From Thermodesulfobacteriota bacterium (GTDB lineage Bacteria > Desulfobacterota_D > UBA1144 > Nemesobacterales > UBA2774), in NCBI GenBank assembly GCA_965223335.1, contig OZ244991.1, forward strand, positions 416,001 through 480,000: a DNA stretch of 64,000 nt, read 5' to 3'. A program made the translations under genes and the position numbers. Under the pieces are notes generated by a model, which had not been told where the DNA came from, searched no databases, and was given only the letters and a program-made list of their open reading frames with translations. Of the stretch, positions 11,750 to 22,051 are shown piece by piece (position 1 is the stretch's first letter; every line of letters starts with the position of its first letter).

Positions 11750-14271
11750 TTCTCCATGCTGTAAAACTTCCGAAGCTCACCAAGCACCTTTTCAGTATTG
11801 GTTATCAATGTCGGGCACTTGGGCAGTGAATCGAGAAAATACTTGCCGTAGAACTTGGTTGTGATCCTCCTGTCCAGTATGAGTACGGCACCTGTGTCTG
11901 ATTTACTGCGAATCAACCTCCCGAATCCCTGCTTAAACTTAAGCACCGCCACAGGCACGCTGTATTCCAGGAATGAATTAATCCCCTCGCTCTCCATGTG
12001 CTCGACCCTTGCCTCGACTATGGGATCGGTAGGCACCCTAAACGGCAGTCGTGTAATTATCACCAAACGTAGCGACTCCCCTGGCACATCCACTCCCTCC
12101 CAAAAACTGTCTGTGGCAAACAGCACAGAGCTCTCTTCATTTCGCAGTTTATCGAGGAGCCTTGACCGTGGCATCGAGCCCTGTTTTAGGGTAATTACTC
12201 CGCTTAGCTCAAGACTCTCATAGATCTCCTTATGTACTCTCTGCAGCAGTGCGTACGAGGTAAATAGCACAAGTGCATTGCCCCCGGAAGCAATCACCGC
12301 ACGCCTTATGATCTCGGTTATCACTTCAGCAAACTCAGGTCTAAGAGGCTCAGGAATATCGTCCGGAATTGTGAGCAACAACTGGTCCTCATAGTTAAAC
12401 GGCGAGAGAAGTACCTGCTCCCCAACCCTTTCATTATCGAGGAGCCCGAGTTCAGTCTTTATGAATTTAAACGATTTGTTTACTGCCATGGTTGCCGAGG
12501 TTAACACCACAGAACCGCATTTTGAAAATAACCTCTCGTTAAGGGGCATCGATATATCTAGGGGCGAGAGCCCTATGCCCGAGATAATGCTTCCTCGGCT
12601 TGTTCTGCCCTCTATCCATCTCACAAGCCCGTCGTCCTCTTTACTAAGAAACGAGCTTGCCACATCCCCATAGTACTCGAGCTTGTTGGCAACTCCCCTG
12701 AACTCTACAATGAGTTTCGCAACCTCATTCTCCTCTTCGTAATCAATCATCAGGTCTAAAAACGCTTTTATCTCTTCACGGAGCTCAATCAGCTTTATTC
12801 TCAGCAGTGAGAATTTCCTGTCCACCTCTTCCCACTCGTCTTTATTGTGCAGTGACTCGGTCACACGTATGCTAACATCATCTTTTTGCGTATCTCCACT
12901 GTTACCATTGGCAGATTCAAGCGCAAACCCATATAGAAAATCAAAAGCATCACGCGTATAGGTTTCCGCCTCGTCAATCCTGGGCGACATGTGGCTATCC
13001 ATATTGAGCAGCATGTTGTGCAGCGCACCCTTACGAAAGTATTTTGTGAGTTTGGCAGCCAGCGAGGAAGCATAGTAGATAAGTCCCTTGTTATCGCCGT
13101 TTTTCGATTTTCTCTTAAGCCTTCTAAGAAGCCTGATAATACCAAATTTTGTGGTCCTCATTCCGAAGTGTGAGGTTGCAGAGTCCGGTATGTGATGGGC
13201 CTCATCAAAAATCACACGACGGTAAGGCGGTAGTATCCCCGCGTCGCTCTGTTCACTTGCACCTTTAATCGCCAGATCCGAGAAAAGCAGGTGATGGTTC
13301 ACCACTAGGAGTTGAGACGAGGCAATCTCGCGACGAGATTTATAGAAAAAGCAGTTTGAGTAATAAGGACACCTCACACGCAAACAGCTGTCACTCTCGG
13401 CAGTCACCTTGTCCCACACACTGTCGGGGGGACTGAAGCTAAGGTCAGACAGCGAACCGTCTCTAGTAACTTTGATCCACTCCAAAATACTGCCGAGCGG
13501 GTCCACTTCGTCGTCCTCAGCCATATCAAACAGCCCCTCGCTCACAGTCTCGGCCCGGAGCAAACAAACATAGTTACCCATCCCCTTCACTAGCGAGTAT
13601 GTAAACTTCTCACCCAAGGCCTCCTCTAATAGCGGGATATCCTTCTCGATCAACTGCTCCTGGAGATTAATCGTATTTGTAGATACCACTACCCTCTCGC
13701 CATTACTGATTGCCCATTTCACTGCTGGCACCAGATACGCAAGTGTTTTCCCAGTGCCCGTACCGGCCTCTATTATAGTAATCTCATCGTCGTTAAACGA
13801 CCTGCACACGCTATTGGCCATCTCAAGCTGCTCCCGCCTCAACTCATAGCCCCCGCCCATCTTGCGGGCTATGGCCCCCTCGGGCATGAGTGCGGATTGT
13901 ACCTCTTCCTCATCTAGCGGTATCAGGTGTTGTTCTTGGAAAGGTTCAACTACTACATAGACCTCCGTAGCACTGTTGTCAGTTATATAGAACCCGATCC
14001 CCTGGTTGCCGAATACAGATGCGGTCTGCACGTCTTCGGGTGAGGGATGAATATTGCCGGAGGGATGATTATGCACTACAATGTCGCCCGGATCGGCTGC
14101 TTCTATTATGGCGGGCACGGAATTTATGTTGCCCCTTGCCACTACTTTAACGCTCTCTATTTTGGTGTCGGAATCGGTCTTACCCACAAAGAACAGTTCG
14201 TTCCCATCGGATTCTTTAATGGCTGCTTTAATCTCTTCTCTGGCTGATTCGGATATGAGCTCTCTGGGCAC
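11740..14271 (-). CDS. DinG/YoaA-family helicase with N-terminal JAB/MPN domain
   Basis: HNHPSG...SPED JAB motif; AGTGTGKT, DEAH, Fe-S cysteines, FWEGVD, QGFGRLIR. Confidence 0.9.
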   Translation of the reverse strand: MPRELISESAREEIKAAIKESDGNELFFVGKTDSDTKIESVKVVARGNINSVPAIIEAADPGDIVVHNHPSGNIHPSPEDVQTASVFGNQGIGFYITDNSATEVYVVVEPFQEQHLIPLDEEEVQSALMPEGAIARKMGGGYELRREQLEMANSVCRSFNDDEITIIEAGTGTGKTLAYLVPAVKWAISNGERVVVSTNTINLQEQLIEKDIPLLEEALGEKFTYSLVKGMGNYVCLLRAETVSEGLFDMAEDDEVDPLGSILEWIKVTRDGSLSDLSFSPPDSVWDKVTAESDSCLRVRCPYYSNCFFYKSRREIASSQLLVVNHHLLFSDLAIKGASEQSDAGILPPYRRVIFDEAHHIPDSATSHFGMRTTKFGIIRLLRRLKRKSKNGDNKGLIYYASSLAAKLTKYFRKGALHNMLLNMDSHMSPRIDEAETYTRDAFDFLYGFALESANGNSGDTQKDDVSIRVTESLHNKDEWEEVDRKFSLLRIKLIELREEIKAFLDLMIDYEEENEVAKLIVEFRGVANKLEYYGDVASSFLSKEDDGLVRWIEGRTSRGSIISGIGLSPLDISMPLNERLFSKCGSVVLTSATMAVNKSFKFIKTELGLLDNERVGEQVLLSPFNYEDQLLLTIPDDIPEPLRPEFAEVITEIIRRAVIASGGNALVLFTSYALLQRVHKEIYESLELSGVITLKQGSMPRSRLLDKLRNEESSVLFATDSFWEGVDVPGESLRLVIITRLPFRVPTDPIVEARVEHMESEGINSFLEYSVPVAVLKFKQGFGRLIRSKSDTGAVLILDRRITTKFYGKYFLDSLPKCPTLITNTEKVLGELRKFYSMENQD

Positions 14272-14358
14272 CCCATGAGTCTACATAATTTGCGTTGTTT
14301 TAAAATTCGGTTTATTGCACATAGCACTTAGTTTTGGTACTTTATCTCTGGTCAACCG

Positions 14359-14448
14359 GGAGGGATGGCCGAGCGGACGAAGGCGCTGGTCTCGAAAACC
14401 AGTATGCGGGCAACCGCATCGTGGGTTCGAATCCCACTCCCTCCGCCA
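14359..14448 (+). tRNA. tRNA-Ser(CGA)
   Basis: GGAGGGA acceptor stem, CTGGT-CT-CGA-AA-ACCAG anticodon arm, long variable arm, GGTTCGAATCC, encoded CCA. Confidence 0.97.
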
Positions 14449-14530
14449 TATAAAGTGCATATTTTTACATTTGCTAAATTAAGTGCCCCTTATATAGACT
14501 TCTTCCATTATAATAATCTGCCCCCAGGCT

Positions 14531-15796
14531 CTACGGACATGTGAACAGATTGCTTACCGTGTCTTGGTATTTTGCCGTCGGGTAGCTTTGCATGGCCGCC
14601 GTTGTAGTCCATTCGTAGATTCCAAAGAATTTATTAGGCGCACTGATATTGGACTCGTCCTCGTCAAACCACTCGAAATAAAACGACTGGACATGGTTCG
14701 TGCACGCCCAAGTTTGATATGTATCGAGCATAGTAGTCAGATCTGTGTATAGCGAGCTATCGTTCGATCCCGGATTACTTGTGTTTCCGGTGGTGTACCC
14801 TGTTTCGGCTATAAATGCCTTACCCGCACACGCTGCGGGATTGTTGGTCTCGTACCACCCGGTGATACTTACATCTACACACTGGGGAGGCGTGTTGCAT
14901 CCGGCCGGCATGTTCTTACCTGTACAGACCACTGTCGCCCCAGGGGGGCTCTGACCCTTGAGCGGGCAGTAGAGATCATACCCTACCCCGTCCAGATTGG
15001 TCTGGTTGCAGTAATCCGCGGCTGTAGGTGTGGTTGGTGAAGTCGGGATCCCCACAAGTGTGGTGGCTATCTTGACATCGCTTCCCCCGGTTATGGCATT
15101 GAGTGCTGTGCGCAGGTTCGTTGCCGCATCCCCCACAACTGTGGGACTACAAGGTGTACATCCGAAACTGCCGTTTACCTCGTTCCCAAGTATTATGCCG
15201 ACTATGGTTCCGTCCTTGATATGAGGCTCGAGCGGGGTTATGTAAGGATCGTACTGTCCCTTTAGAAACGTGGTGGCGAAACTAGGGTCATTGGCAAGCT
15301 TTGTGAGTGTAGCATTCTCGGTACCTACAACGACACTGACACCTTTTTTGCTTGCAGCCTCGGTTACGCTGTAGTTAGGTGAATAGAGCCGTATGAGTCC
15401 CACACCTACGGTACTCATCTGTTCCATGTCCACCTCGTAGCAGTCCGCGCACTCGTCGAGAGTGCAAAAGGGATTGGCGCTCCCGGTGCAGTCGGGCATA
15501 GGAGCAGTGGATATGTTCTTGTAAGCCGCGTTTACGTCACAGCCGTCCATAGATATCTCCCTGTTGTTCCTACAACGCGAAATACTTGTCCACGAATAAT
15601 CAACACCAAACTGCCCACCGCTAAATATGTCTGTGGTTGACCCGTTTAGACTACTGCGGTTTCCAGACTGGTTATTGCACCCTGCTACACCGAGTATTGA
15701 TAATATCAGGATTAGGTACATACATATTGCAGAAATGCTCCGATTCCCTATTCTTTGCATGGGTAAACTCTCCTTTAAGGTCTTCTCTTTTTCCAT
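14531..15796 (-). CDS. Cys-rich glycoside hydrolase family 17-like lipoprotein
   Basis: Lipobox VAGC; IRLYS, LGNEV, IAETGY, FYFEWFDE, FFGIY match the GH17 layout; true start may be ATG 15760 or later. Confidence 0.72.
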   Translation of the reverse strand: MEKEKTLKESLPMQRIGNRSISAICMYLILILSILGVAGCNNQSGNRSSLNGSTTDIFSGGQFGVDYSWTSISRCRNNREISMDGCDVNAAYKNISTAPMPDCTGSANPFCTLDECADCYEVDMEQMSTVGVGLIRLYSPNYSVTEAASKKGVSVVVGTENATLTKLANDPSFATTFLKGQYDPYITPLEPHIKDGTIVGIILGNEVNGSFGCTPCSPTVVGDAATNLRTALNAITGGSDVKIATTLVGIPTSPTTPTAADYCNQTNLDGVGYDLYCPLKGQSPPGATVVCTGKNMPAGCNTPPQCVDVSITGWYETNNPAACAGKAFIAETGYTTGNTSNPGSNDSSLYTDLTTMLDTYQTWACTNHVQSFYFEWFDEDESNISAPNKFFGIYEWTTTAAMQSYPTAKYQDTVSNLFTCP

Positions 15797-16026
15797 TTTT
15801 TATAATGTCATTTAGTGTATGCAACAGATGCTATTAAGGTTTAAAACTAAGCCCTACCACTGCTAAAAGTATGAAGCCGACTAGTTTTTTAATCAACTGC
15901 AATTAACAGTTATAAGAGAAATGTGTGAGCACTAATATGCAACTATTGACTGTAAAATTTTGTAAAAAAGTCCCATTTTGCGATTCATAAGCTATAATTT
16001 TTCTAATCCACTCTTTGGAGGAGCGA

Positions 16027-17979
16027 ATGAGATATCTTTTTGTAACTATATTTGCAACACTTGTAGTCCTACAAATTGCTAATGTTAACGCACTGGCCTC
16101 AGACCAAATCCCAACTGCAACTAAAACGCAGTCCAAAACAAACAGTAAAATTCAGGATGTTATTGATGAACTCAGAAATAATTCAGGCTACAAAACTATA
16201 CAGTCTCAATTTTCCGATCTAACTACAAGTGATCTAAGAGTTAACAATAAAGGAGATATTCAGGTCTACATATACTGCAATGAAGTAAGTCCCGACAACC
16301 TTGATCAAATCGAGTCAATTGGTTTCCAAACTGAAATTACAAACGATCAACTCAAAGTAATGCAAGGATGGGTCCCATATGATCAGGTTGAAACGATAGA
16401 GAACCTGGGCTTCATCGACAGAATCACCCCCCCTGTCTATGCTCACACCAGGGTGGGCGGTGTTACATCAGAGGGTGTAGGGGTAATAAATGCCGACAGT
16501 GCACGTCAGACATTCGGTGTAGACGGTAGCGGCTACAAAATCGGTGTAATATCAGATGGGATCAATTCACTGGCAATATCACAGTCCACAGGGGACCTCC
16601 CAAACTTCGTCTCTGTCAACGACCCCGGATTTGGGGATGAAGGCACGGCACTATTGGAAATCGTCCATGACGTCGCACCCGGGGCCGATCTAGCATTCTC
16701 CACAGGACTCACAACTCTAAGCTTTATAAACGCAATAAATTTCTTCGTATCTACAGGGGTAGATATTATAGTGGATGATCTCGGGTTTTTGGCTGAGCCG
16801 TTTTTTGAAGACGGACCAGTTGCACAGGCTGCAAACCAGGCTGCTAATAACGGCGTAATCTTCATATCGGCCGCAGGCAACGATGCCCTTAACCACTATC
16901 AGGGCCTATACGAGGACGAGGACCCCGGGGACGACGGCAACAACCTTCACGATTTTGGCCTGGCCGATGGTGGCCCGAGCAAAACGGCAATGAGTGTCAG
17001 TGTCCCCCCCTCAGGCATAGTTACGATTGTATTACAGTGGAGCGACCCATTTGGTGCATCTTCTAACGATTATGACCTGTTTATAGTCGATCCTGGCACT
17101 TCCGGCGTGATAGCATTCAGCACAGAGGTGCAGGACGGCGATGACGATCCCCTCGAATTTGTATCAATCAGCAATACTAGTAGTTCCCAAAGCGGCACTT
17201 TCGATCTAGTGATAAACCGTTTTGGTGGCGATGCAAGGACTCTCGAAGTATTTTTTAACGGCCCAGCCACACCACTAGACTTCAACGTCCCCCAAGACAG
17301 CATCTACGGCCACCCGGCTGCTACAGACGTGCTTGCGATAGGCGCTTTTGCACCCAATAGCCAGATCGAGCCGTTTAGCTCCGAAGGCCCCTCATCCATA
17401 TTCACTACAATCCCTGCGGTCTCCACCGCATCAGCCAACATCACTCAGGTCTCTACCACAACCAGAGACACGCCCACAGAGCTACGCCCTAAACCCGATA
17501 TCACTGCTCCAGACGGCGTATCAACATCCGTGGTGGGTTTTAAAACCTTTTTCGGCACCTCTGCTGCCGCACCTCACGCGGCAGGGCTCGCAGCACTGGT
17601 GCTTGAAGCGCTAGAGATCGAGGAACAGTCCACAACCAACCAAGAGCTAATTGCTTCCCGTCAAGCCCAAGAGGCTATAGATATTATGACTGGTACCGCT
17701 ACGGATATAGGCACCCCCGGTTTTGACACACGCTCGGGCTTCGGGCTTGTAGATGCGTTTGCCGCAGTGGAACAGATATTGGGCGGTTCTGGAAACGGAG
17801 GGGGAGGCACACCGCCTGGTCCCGGCTCTAACACGGGTAGTGGGGGCGGCTGTGCACTGAGCAGTACCGATGAGCTGTCAAATAGTTGGATCAGTCTAAG
17901 CTTAGTAGCTCTGGTCCCGGGAATCTTGGTATTATTCAGGCGTAGAAAATTAGATTCTACGATAGAAGATCGAGTGTAA
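16027..17979 (+). CDS. Secreted subtilase-fold (S8/S53-like) peptidase with C-terminal GGGC-TM-basic sorting signal
   Basis: Signal peptide, IGVISDG, DEGTALLE, SAAGN, FFGTSAAAPH; tail GSGGGC...LVLFRRRK; GGAGGAG SD before ATG 16027. Confidence 0.85.
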   Translation: MRYLFVTIFATLVVLQIANVNALASDQIPTATKTQSKTNSKIQDVIDELRNNSGYKTIQSQFSDLTTSDLRVNNKGDIQVYIYCNEVSPDNLDQIESIGFQTEITNDQLKVMQGWVPYDQVETIENLGFIDRITPPVYAHTRVGGVTSEGVGVINADSARQTFGVDGSGYKIGVISDGINSLAISQSTGDLPNFVSVNDPGFGDEGTALLEIVHDVAPGADLAFSTGLTTLSFINAINFFVSTGVDIIVDDLGFLAEPFFEDGPVAQAANQAANNGVIFISAAGNDALNHYQGLYEDEDPGDDGNNLHDFGLADGGPSKTAMSVSVPPSGIVTIVLQWSDPFGASSNDYDLFIVDPGTSGVIAFSTEVQDGDDDPLEFVSISNTSSSQSGTFDLVINRFGGDARTLEVFFNGPATPLDFNVPQDSIYGHPAATDVLAIGAFAPNSQIEPFSSEGPSSIFTTIPAVSTASANITQVSTTTRDTPTELRPKPDITAPDGVSTSVVGFKTFFGTSAAAPHAAGLAALVLEALEIEEQSTTNQELIASRQAQEAIDIMTGTATDIGTPGFDTRSGFGLVDAFAAVEQILGGSGNGGGGTPPGPGSNTGSGGGCALSSTDELSNSWISLSLVALVPGILVLFRRRKLDSTIEDRV

Positions 17980-19846
17980 TCCTTCTGCGCTCGGTATCGG
18001 CCTCAACAACTTTCACGCGCACTTTCTGGCCGATATCAAACCACCTGCGCCGCCAGTCCTTAACACTCTCTTTCGGCACTAGTCCCTCAACATATATTTC
18101 TGTGAGCTCGACAAACATACCAAACGGCAGCACGCTAATTACAACAGCATCGTGCTCCTCGCCTATATGCGACTTCATCAGATACGCCCTCTCCAGGTTG
18201 TTTGCCTCCCTCTCGACCTCGTCTGCCGTCCTCTCTGTTTTCGAAGTTTTTTCCGCTATCCAAGCCAATGTATCATCATCATACGGCGAGTTCCGCTTCT
18301 TCAATACATAGTCGAGAATCCTATGTACGATTAGGTCCGGGTAACGCCGGATAGGAGATGTAAAGTGGGTATAATTTTCAATCCCCAACCCAAAATGACT
18401 CTCGTTCATATTTGAATAGTGGGCCCTGTTAAGTGCTCTAAGCACCATCATATTGACTGCTATCTCGAATTTCTTCCCTCTATAGTTGTCGAGGAGTTTC
18501 TGCAGGTCACGAACACGGACTTTCTTGTTAGAGGCCAGGTGATACCCGAGCTTGCTTAAATTATCGCTAAGCTCAGAAAGCGCGTCATCCCCCGGCGGTT
18601 CGTGAATCCTGTACACTGACGGCACATTTAAGTCCGACAGGTAAACCGCTACCCTATTGTTAGCCGCTATCATAAACTCCTCTATCATACCGTGTGCAAT
18701 GGTGCGCTCTGCCTGTTTTACCTCCACCGTGCGGCCCTGCTCATCATGGATTATCTCAGGCTCAGGGATTTCGAAATTAAGCTCACCCTCGCGGATCCTT
18801 CTTATTCTGATAAGCTCGTATAACTCCCTCATTGTCTTCAAACTCTTTACGATCGCTTTGCTTTGTCGCTCTGGGGTTGATTTACCTTCGAGAAGACGAG
18901 AAACACCGCTATATGTAAGCCTCGCCTTACTCCTTATAATGCTCTTATAAATCTTGTGCCCCGTAACCTCTCCATTATTATCGAAGTTGATCTCCACTGT
19001 TTTTGTCAGTCGGTCTCTCTCGGGAACAAGGCTGCATATCCAATCGGACAGTTTCTCGGGCAGCATTGTCACTACTTTAAACGGTAGGTATACACTCGTA
19101 CCCCTCTCGAGCGCATCGTTATCAATAGCGCTCCCAATCTTTACGTAATGCGAGACATCCGCGATACTTACATAGAGCTTGAACCCGTTTTTGCTCCTTT
19201 GTATCCCGACTGCGTCGTCATAATCCTTGGCCTTGTCGTTATCAATAGTGACAATCACCTTTTTTCTAAGATCCCTTCTCGAGCTTATATCCGATTCGGT
19301 GATCTCATCACTGAGTGTGGCAGACTCGTCCAACGATCGGCGAGAAAACTCGCCGTTTAGGTCATACTCGTATAATAGGGCGTCCCTCTCTACCTCCAGT
19401 TTCCCTGCTTTCCCAAGCACATCTACAATGTGTACTTTTTGTCGCTGCGATTTCTTGGGCGGCAGCACCTCGCCTACAACCAACGATCCGTCACTGATAC
19501 TCTTTACCTCAGCCCCTTTTACGTCAATGCTCCCGAGCCTATCGTCCCTGGGATGGAACTGTGCCGACTTGCCTCGTTTTACAAGCTTGCCCATGATGTG
19601 GCCCTTGGGGGTCACACCCTTTATACGCTTCTTTGTTTGAGGCTGTTCATCCTTGTTGGCCAGCACATAACGTCCACCCTTAACCCTGGTTACCTTGCCC
19701 TGGTCGATCATTTTACGCAGCACCTTTTTAAACACGGCTCTTTGCTCCTGATGAACACCAAGGCGCCTAGACAGCTCTCTCGACCTCATAGGCCTTTTTG
19801 ACGACCTAATCAGCTTAATAATCTCTTTAGGTTTAGGGATTTTCAT
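17957..19846 (-). CDS. rnr: Ribonuclease R (RNB family)
   Basis: TIDNDKAKDYDDA, IADVSHYV, HFTSPIRRYPD, C-terminal S1 domain. Confidence 0.9.
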   Translation of the reverse strand: MKIPKPKEIIKLIRSSKRPMRSRELSRRLGVHQEQRAVFKKVLRKMIDQGKVTRVKGGRYVLANKDEQPQTKKRIKGVTPKGHIMGKLVKRGKSAQFHPRDDRLGSIDVKGAEVKSISDGSLVVGEVLPPKKSQRQKVHIVDVLGKAGKLEVERDALLYEYDLNGEFSRRSLDESATLSDEITESDISSRRDLRKKVIVTIDNDKAKDYDDAVGIQRSKNGFKLYVSIADVSHYVKIGSAIDNDALERGTSVYLPFKVVTMLPEKLSDWICSLVPERDRLTKTVEINFDNNGEVTGHKIYKSIIRSKARLTYSGVSRLLEGKSTPERQSKAIVKSLKTMRELYELIRIRRIREGELNFEIPEPEIIHDEQGRTVEVKQAERTIAHGMIEEFMIAANNRVAVYLSDLNVPSVYRIHEPPGDDALSELSDNLSKLGYHLASNKKVRVRDLQKLLDNYRGKKFEIAVNMMVLRALNRAHYSNMNESHFGLGIENYTHFTSPIRRYPDLIVHRILDYVLKKRNSPYDDDTLAWIAEKTSKTERTADEVEREANNLERAYLMKSHIGEEHDAVVISVLPFGMFVELTEIYVEGLVPKESVKDWRRRWFDIGQKVRVKVVEADTERRRITLDLLS

Positions 19847-20097
19847 AAACTCGATCGATACCTAACAATAAAAGAATTTGCAGATGGAAGGTACGTTAGC
19901 AAACTAGATTTGCTGTGCAATTCATAAGGTGGATAAATAATAGATAATATTACATGTTTTTAGCGATTCATCAATGATGGATTTACTGGTTCTAACATAT
20001 ATCGAATCTCCGGATTTTATTTGTAAACTGTGATAATTCCAGATACTATTAGTGCTCTAGTAATTTTTAAGCTCATCGGACGGAGGATTTTTTCCAC

Positions 20098-20283
20098 ATG
20101 CTTTCCAAAAACATACCCGGCGGAATAATAATATGTCTCATAGTCTTTACGTTTGTTGGAATAGGTTTAAGTATGGGAATTCATATTAATTGGCCGTTTT
20201 ACTTTAAAATGGCTGGAGTAATCGCTATTATTGCCCTTGTAGTATCCGCTATTACAAATACCGTCCCGTCGGGCAAAGAGTAG
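20098..20283 (+). CDS. Small two-TM membrane protein
   Basis: 61 aa hydrophobic ORF with GGAGG SD. Confidence 0.6.
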   Translation: MLSKNIPGGIIICLIVFTFVGIGLSMGIHINWPFYFKMAGVIAIIALVVSAITNTVPSGKE

Positions 20284-20315
20284 CTCTCTCTCCCCTCGTT
20301 CACCCCTAGATAGTT

Positions 20316-20954
20316 TTATGGAGTTATAATAAGGCCGCTTTGGCTCGTGCTGGGTGCCTCTTCTTCGGGGTGATAGCGCAGTATGTGTATGAAGTAGCTT
20401 TTCGGATTTGAATCGTTCTCTGCATAAAAATTCGCTTCATTAAGAAATTCAGACACAACCTGCATAGCATGATCGACGTTATGTATCTTTGATCCTAAAT
20501 TGTTATTGTTTCTATAGTTATCCAGAATGCTTAACATCATATGCGATATATCGTTTGCATATGTGCTCTCGCCCTTGTGTTCGTATAATAAACCTTTCTT
20601 TTCAGTCTCTAGTGTTTTAAGTACAAGGTCCAATCCCGTAACAAGGTCGGTATTGCAGAGCTCTTTGTTCGAACGAAACATATGAGCTATGGACTTTTCT
20701 ATTGTTGCAAATATCTCGGGGTTTTTACTATAAAGCTCAGCCCGCCTCACATAGCTACCGGCCCCCTCTTTACGGAGTCTCTGCTTCAGTACCTTTTTGT
20801 TATGCTGTTTTTGGCCCTCAACAAAGTACTTACAATCTAGCGGGCAGTTGATCTCAACCCCCCTTTTCTCCCCGCAGCACACGGGGCATATGGAAGCCCT
20901 TTTCGCAGGGCAGTATCTCTTGGGTTTGCGTTTATCACAGATGACACATTTCAT
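20316..20954 (-). CDS. Hypothetical protein with N-terminal Cys-rich (probable Zn-binding) domain
   Basis: CVIC...YCPA...ICPVCC...CPLDC; own sigma70-like promoter upstream (TTGAAC-17-TAGAAT). Confidence 0.75.
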   Translation of the reverse strand: MKCVICDKRKPKRYCPAKRASICPVCCGEKRGVEINCPLDCKYFVEGQKQHNKKVLKQRLRKEGAGSYVRRAELYSKNPEIFATIEKSIAHMFRSNKELCNTDLVTGLDLVLKTLETEKKGLLYEHKGESTYANDISHMMLSILDNYRNNNNLGSKIHNVDHAMQVVSEFLNEANFYAENDSNPKSYFIHILRYHPEEEAPSTSQSGLIITP

Positions 20955-21128
20955 ATGTTAAGTATTCTACACATCTGGACCTAAATGTTCAATCAATTAT
21001 AGGGGTTAGAGCAGTCATATTATACGACATTAGGAAGGTGTAGAAATCAAGATTGGGCAGAATAATTGCTGCAAGTAATTAATCGACCCCTAGATATCAG
21101 ACAGAACAACTTATAATCGCAGAAATGA

Positions 21129-22031
21129 TTACGGCATCATTTCTTCCATTGGTTCCTCAACAGTCTGGTTAATTATTATTGTAGCCTCTATTCTTAGGTC
21201 TTGCGGAGATGGAATAGGACATATTCCTAAGAATTCAGGAGGTATAGTGAGATCAATTATAGCAGTAACAACCTGTGTACCACCTGCCCCTGCAAATGCA
21301 AAATACTGAACTGTAAAGCTGCCTGAATCTACTGAGCCCTGTACAACGGTTTGTACCGGTTCTCCCTCTTCCTCTGGAATCTCTCCACCCACTGAAAGCA
21401 CACCTAGGTTCGGATTACTTATGTTCACTAATGCTATCGTTCCGGGTTTTATACCCACTGTGCCAAAAGACAATGTAATGAACTTTGATAAGGGAGCATC
21501 AGGCTCAAATGGCACGGCAACCTCGATTGGACTTTCCGGAGGGACAATACCTACACCCAACAATGTGACTGAACCGAATCTCGATTCTACATCTCCACCC
21601 GGAGGTTTTACCGTGGCAGAAATATTAATAGTAGCTGCAACTGGGTTTGCAGTCGTACCTATACCTTTGAGTATGCCCGCGAGGTAATTAACAAACGCCG
21701 ATCCATTCTCTACTGTAGGAGTTGCATTAAATAAACAACCTGCGAGTGATGGAGGCAATCCTCCGGTAGATGTGATCTCAAATTCAATGGGCGTCCCGTT
21801 GCCTACAATCTCTGTAACCACGTTAATAAATGATTCACTACATCCGTTACCATATATTACTGACGGATTAGGCTGCACAGCAATAATAGCAGTACCAATT
21901 GGATTTGATGATCCTTTATTATTATCCAAGCTATTTGTGCACGACAAACTGATTATACAAATAAAGATTAGTGGAAATATCACACCAATCCTTCTCATTA
22001 TCCTTCTCTTATCTGTATTAGTAAATTCCAT
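21129..22031 (-). CDS. Uncharacterised beta-rich lipoprotein, end of pilMNOPQ operon
   Basis: Lipobox ISLSC, AAGGAGG SD, 20 nt gap to upstream gene. Confidence 0.75.
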   Translation of the reverse strand: MEFTNTDKRRIMRRIGVIFPLIFICIISLSCTNSLDNNKGSSNPIGTAIIAVQPNPSVIYGNGCSESFINVVTEIVGNGTPIEFEITSTGGLPPSLAGCLFNATPTVENGSAFVNYLAGILKGIGTTANPVAATINISATVKPPGGDVESRFGSVTLLGVGIVPPESPIEVAVPFEPDAPLSKFITLSFGTVGIKPGTIALVNISNPNLGVLSVGGEIPEEEGEPVQTVVQGSVDSGSFTVQYFAFAGAGGTQVVTAIIDLTIPPEFLGICPIPSPQDLRIEATIIINQTVEEPMEEMMP

Positions 22032-22051
22032 CGAAATTAATCCTCCTTAAA

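Noticed and set aside
14449..17979. Integrative element at tRNA-Ser (or at tRNA-Phe)
   Set aside because: No integrase or transposase, and no duplicated tRNA 3' end seen
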